A stretch of 64,000 nucleotides of DNA, from the NCBI RefSeq assembly GCF_009914755.1, contig NC_060926.1. One strand, written 5' to 3'. Both the position numbers and the translations under genes were made by a program. This DNA comes from the human T2T-CHM13v2.0 reference genome, Homo sapiens. How positions within the stretch are numbered: position 1 is the first letter of the stretch; each line of letters opens with the position of its first letter. Shown piece after piece: positions 60,977 through 64,000 of this stretch. The notes below the pieces were generated by a model. It was not told the origin of the DNA and did not search any database. It saw nothing but the letters and a program-made list of their open reading frames with translations.

Positions 60977-63829
60977 AAAGTCAATACCATCAACATTTTC
61001 TCCTTCATTTTTCTTCCACCACTTTTTATGTAAAATAGAATAAGAAATTAGAGGGAGGCACTCCTCTTCTGACGCCCACTTTCTTAGGAAGGTAAGCACA
61101 TACCCATTTCCTCCTTGGGCACATTCCTTTCTCTGCACTGCCCCCATAGAAAGGAAATAATTCTCAATGCAGGCTCAAAGATGAGAAAAATACCAATTTA
61201 CTGTGAGAGGCAAGTCATCAGCTACCCCAGCTCAGAGAAGCTCACTGAATTCAAACAGAGAAGAGCTGGAGAGCAATGATCTTTGGATCTAAAAAACCAG
61301 GACCATTAGCCATGTGCGTGTCTTTTATTGGCCTTGGATTAATTACATTCAAGTTAACTGATGTCAAGGTTTACAAAGTGTTTTAAATTATTGGATGTAG
61401 GATTTTCAGCAATCTTTCCCCTGGGATTTAGGATACTTTAAGGCCACCTCAAATTCTGCTGCTTGTCTAAGATATTTCTCTGGAAGGAGGTCTCAAACTT
61501 CAGTGTTTATCAGAATCACATCACTTGTGGGAAATTGTTAAAAATGCATATTTCTAGGCTCCACTACCAGAAAGTGATCAGGTCCTAGAAGGGATCTAGC
61601 AATCCAATTTGTGAATAAATGTCTGTCCCACATGACTGTTTCATGCCCACATGGCTCATGGTAACAGTTTGAGAAATACTGTTCTCCGTGTGCTTCTTAT
61701 TTCCCTTGTCCAGAAAAAGTCCCCATCGTATCTCAAGGTTGCTATTTACAATCTGAGCTTCTCTCCGTTTATATTCTTCTTACCTTTGGTCTGTTCTAAA
61801 TTAGAATGTAAAATCTAAGAGGGTAGGAAGTGATGTCTCTTGCTCACTGTATCTCCAGGGTGTATAACAGTGCCTGGCATTTGTAGATGCTTAAGACCTG
61901 ATGAATGTTCTGAATGTACGATTTTCAGGTGCATTTAGCTTTTTAATAATTAGATAAAACACAAGTGAAAGGGAAAATTTGAAAATGAAGTACCATTTGT
62001 CACGAGAGGAGTATATTGGGCACTCAGAATGTTTGGAATTTGCCTTTTAAGTTGAACAAAGGATGGAATTAGTGGTGAGTTGCCTTTAGGTGCCCTCCAA
62101 CTCCAAGGCCAAGTTCCTGGGCAGTGGTGGGAAAGATGAGCTGTTTCATTATGAATTCCTGAGACCCTGTTCCCTAGCACATACCTCCCTTTTCACAAGG
62201 CAAGAAGGTTAGTAAATTGGGAACACAGTAAAATAAAACACATAGACTAATTAGCCCAAAAAAATTTTAGGATTCACACAAATTAGGAACTCAGGGATTC
62301 ATCTGTGAATATTGTCCAATACCCTAGTGACAGTGGGAAGATGACATTTTCTGGACTTTGTAGAGACTTTTCTTTAACCTTATCTAAGCTGATGAGAAGC
62401 TAATGAGACACTGCTGTTCTCGTATGACACAGCCTCCATGGAAGACGAGCTCTCTTTCGTACACCACTTGAAAATGGCCATTTAACTACCTGGCTAATTC
62501 AATAACATCCAGAATAAGGTCCCCAAAAGTACTATTGATAAAAGAAAGATTATCAAAATGTTGCTTAAGGGTTTTTTTTCTTTAACCAGTTCAGTCACAG
62601 ACAACAAATGGTACTCGTATTCGTGGAAAAGCCACTATGTGCAGAGAGTCTTAGATGACTCAAAAGAAAAATTAGGAGATTTTGTTCCTAAGATTACATT
62701 ATTTAGAATTAAGTTTCTTGAGCTGGTGCTAATTGAATGAGTGAAATATCATTTAATATCCTTCTTGATAACATTAGCGGAATGTCTATTTTCTCAGAAA
62801 AATAGTTGTATCCAAAAACAAGCATTCTCTTTGAGAATCGAAAATCAGGTCGGGATAAACAAATACCAAGTCAGGGCATGATTTGTGTAACTCAGGTGTT
62901 TGTGAGACACCTCTTACCCTTGTACCGAATGGGGATTTATGAGACATATATTCACATAACATTGTTTCTTCAAGAAGATACATTGTACAAACATCTATTC
63001 CATTCAGATACCACCTGAAAATCTACCATGTCATGCTCTTATTCAGGGAGTGGCAGGAGATAGAGTTGGAACCAGCTCCTCTTTCATTTTCCCATGAGCC
63101 TGGGAATGTATTCCTGAGAATGTTTTTCCCTCCTCTACATAGCAAGGGGTCTTTGGGACAGTGTATGGCATGGGGGTAGGGTCACACATGATTATGCTTT
63201 TTTATTGCACCCTTTGCTGCTGAGTTGTAAGGTCAGAGGAGAATTTATCAAATAGTGAACCGCTCAACACCTTGTAAATGAAAGTATGACAAGTATAGGA
63301 AGGTGCCTAGAATAATTTTGGGTAGAACAGCAGGCAGACATAGGCATGAAGGGAAGTGTTAATTACCAGTTGGAAAAAGGTTGAAGTGAGAAAGGGTATG
63401 AAAAATGAATTAGGTCTCCTTTTCAATTTTTCCTGTAGTCGATCCCATGGACTAGTGATGCAGAAATAGAGAAGCTGTTCTAACTACTGTAAGCAGGGAC
63501 AAGAAGGTAAAGAACATTTCATTTCAGGCTGCTAGATTTTGGCACTGAGAATTAAAATGCAATTACACAGTTAAAAAAATCCAGATTGTAAGCCCAAGGT
63601 CATTTAACTTGAGAAAGATCCTTTTAAAATAAAGAACTACTGGGAAGTATTTTATGGAGAAAACAGGGCACAGGGGCTTGGCCTGGGAAATCGCTCATGT
63701 ACCCGATTTGCTCCTAGTCAAAAAGGGACAATAATATCTGTTCTGTTTTTTCACAGGCTTGTTGAGAAGCAAGTAGGATGAGGCACATGGAGGCACTTTG
63801 TGACAATAAGACATGAAAATCCTACCTGG

Positions 63830-64000
63830 TGGCTTGATAGGCAGGATCCTAAAACAGTACTCAAGGTTTTTCACCCTAATCCCTGGGACCATGAATAGGA
63901 TGCGATATCATGCCCTTATTACGCTACCTTATATGGCAAAAAGGATTTATCAGTTACCTTTGAGTTAATCAGAAACCTATCAGGTGATTATAATCTAATC
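63830..64000 (+). mobile_element. MLT1 LTR start (runs off window)
   Basis: TAGGCAGGATCCTAA...CCTTATATGGCAAAAAGGATTT...CTTTGAGTTAATCA. Confidence 0.65.

Noticed and set aside
59650-61100. Scattered strong donors (AAG|GTAAGA ~59764, AAG|GTAAGT ~60650, AAG|GTAAGC ~61092)
   Set aside because: Acceptors are weak and no coding frame links them; such donors are expected by chance

Overview
This is repeat-dense primate DNA, probably human, from an intergenic or intronic region. I found no recognisable protein-coding gene, structural RNA gene or CRISPR array. Many supplied ORFs are chance frames inside Alu, L1 or LTR repeats, and the only protein-like ones are broken L1 ORF2 pieces (39.3-42.9 kb and 3.9-4.1 kb). 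The window holds about 20 Alu/FLAM copies, Tigger1/Tigger2/MER44/MER20 DNA-transposon fossils, a THE1 provirus plus three solo THE1 LTRs, other solo LTRs (LTR6-, LTR8-, MER50-, MER67-, MER77-like) and a 4.2-kb L1PA fragment. Subfamily names come from recalled consensus sequences and need RepeatMasker/Dfam confirmation. The most notable structure is a young ~1.77-kb minus-strand insertion at 29013-30790. It has ~50 nt of L1PA2/L1HS-type 3' end, three poly(A) tracts, ~1.6 kb of foreign DNA and a 9-bp TSD at a TTTT/AA site, consistent with two successive L1 3' transductions. Other items are two more small retrotransposition captures, a possible L1-associated deletion, three local duplications and a cluster of consensus splice sites at 6.9-7.4 kb. 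I see no evidence for a new biological system beyond these events.
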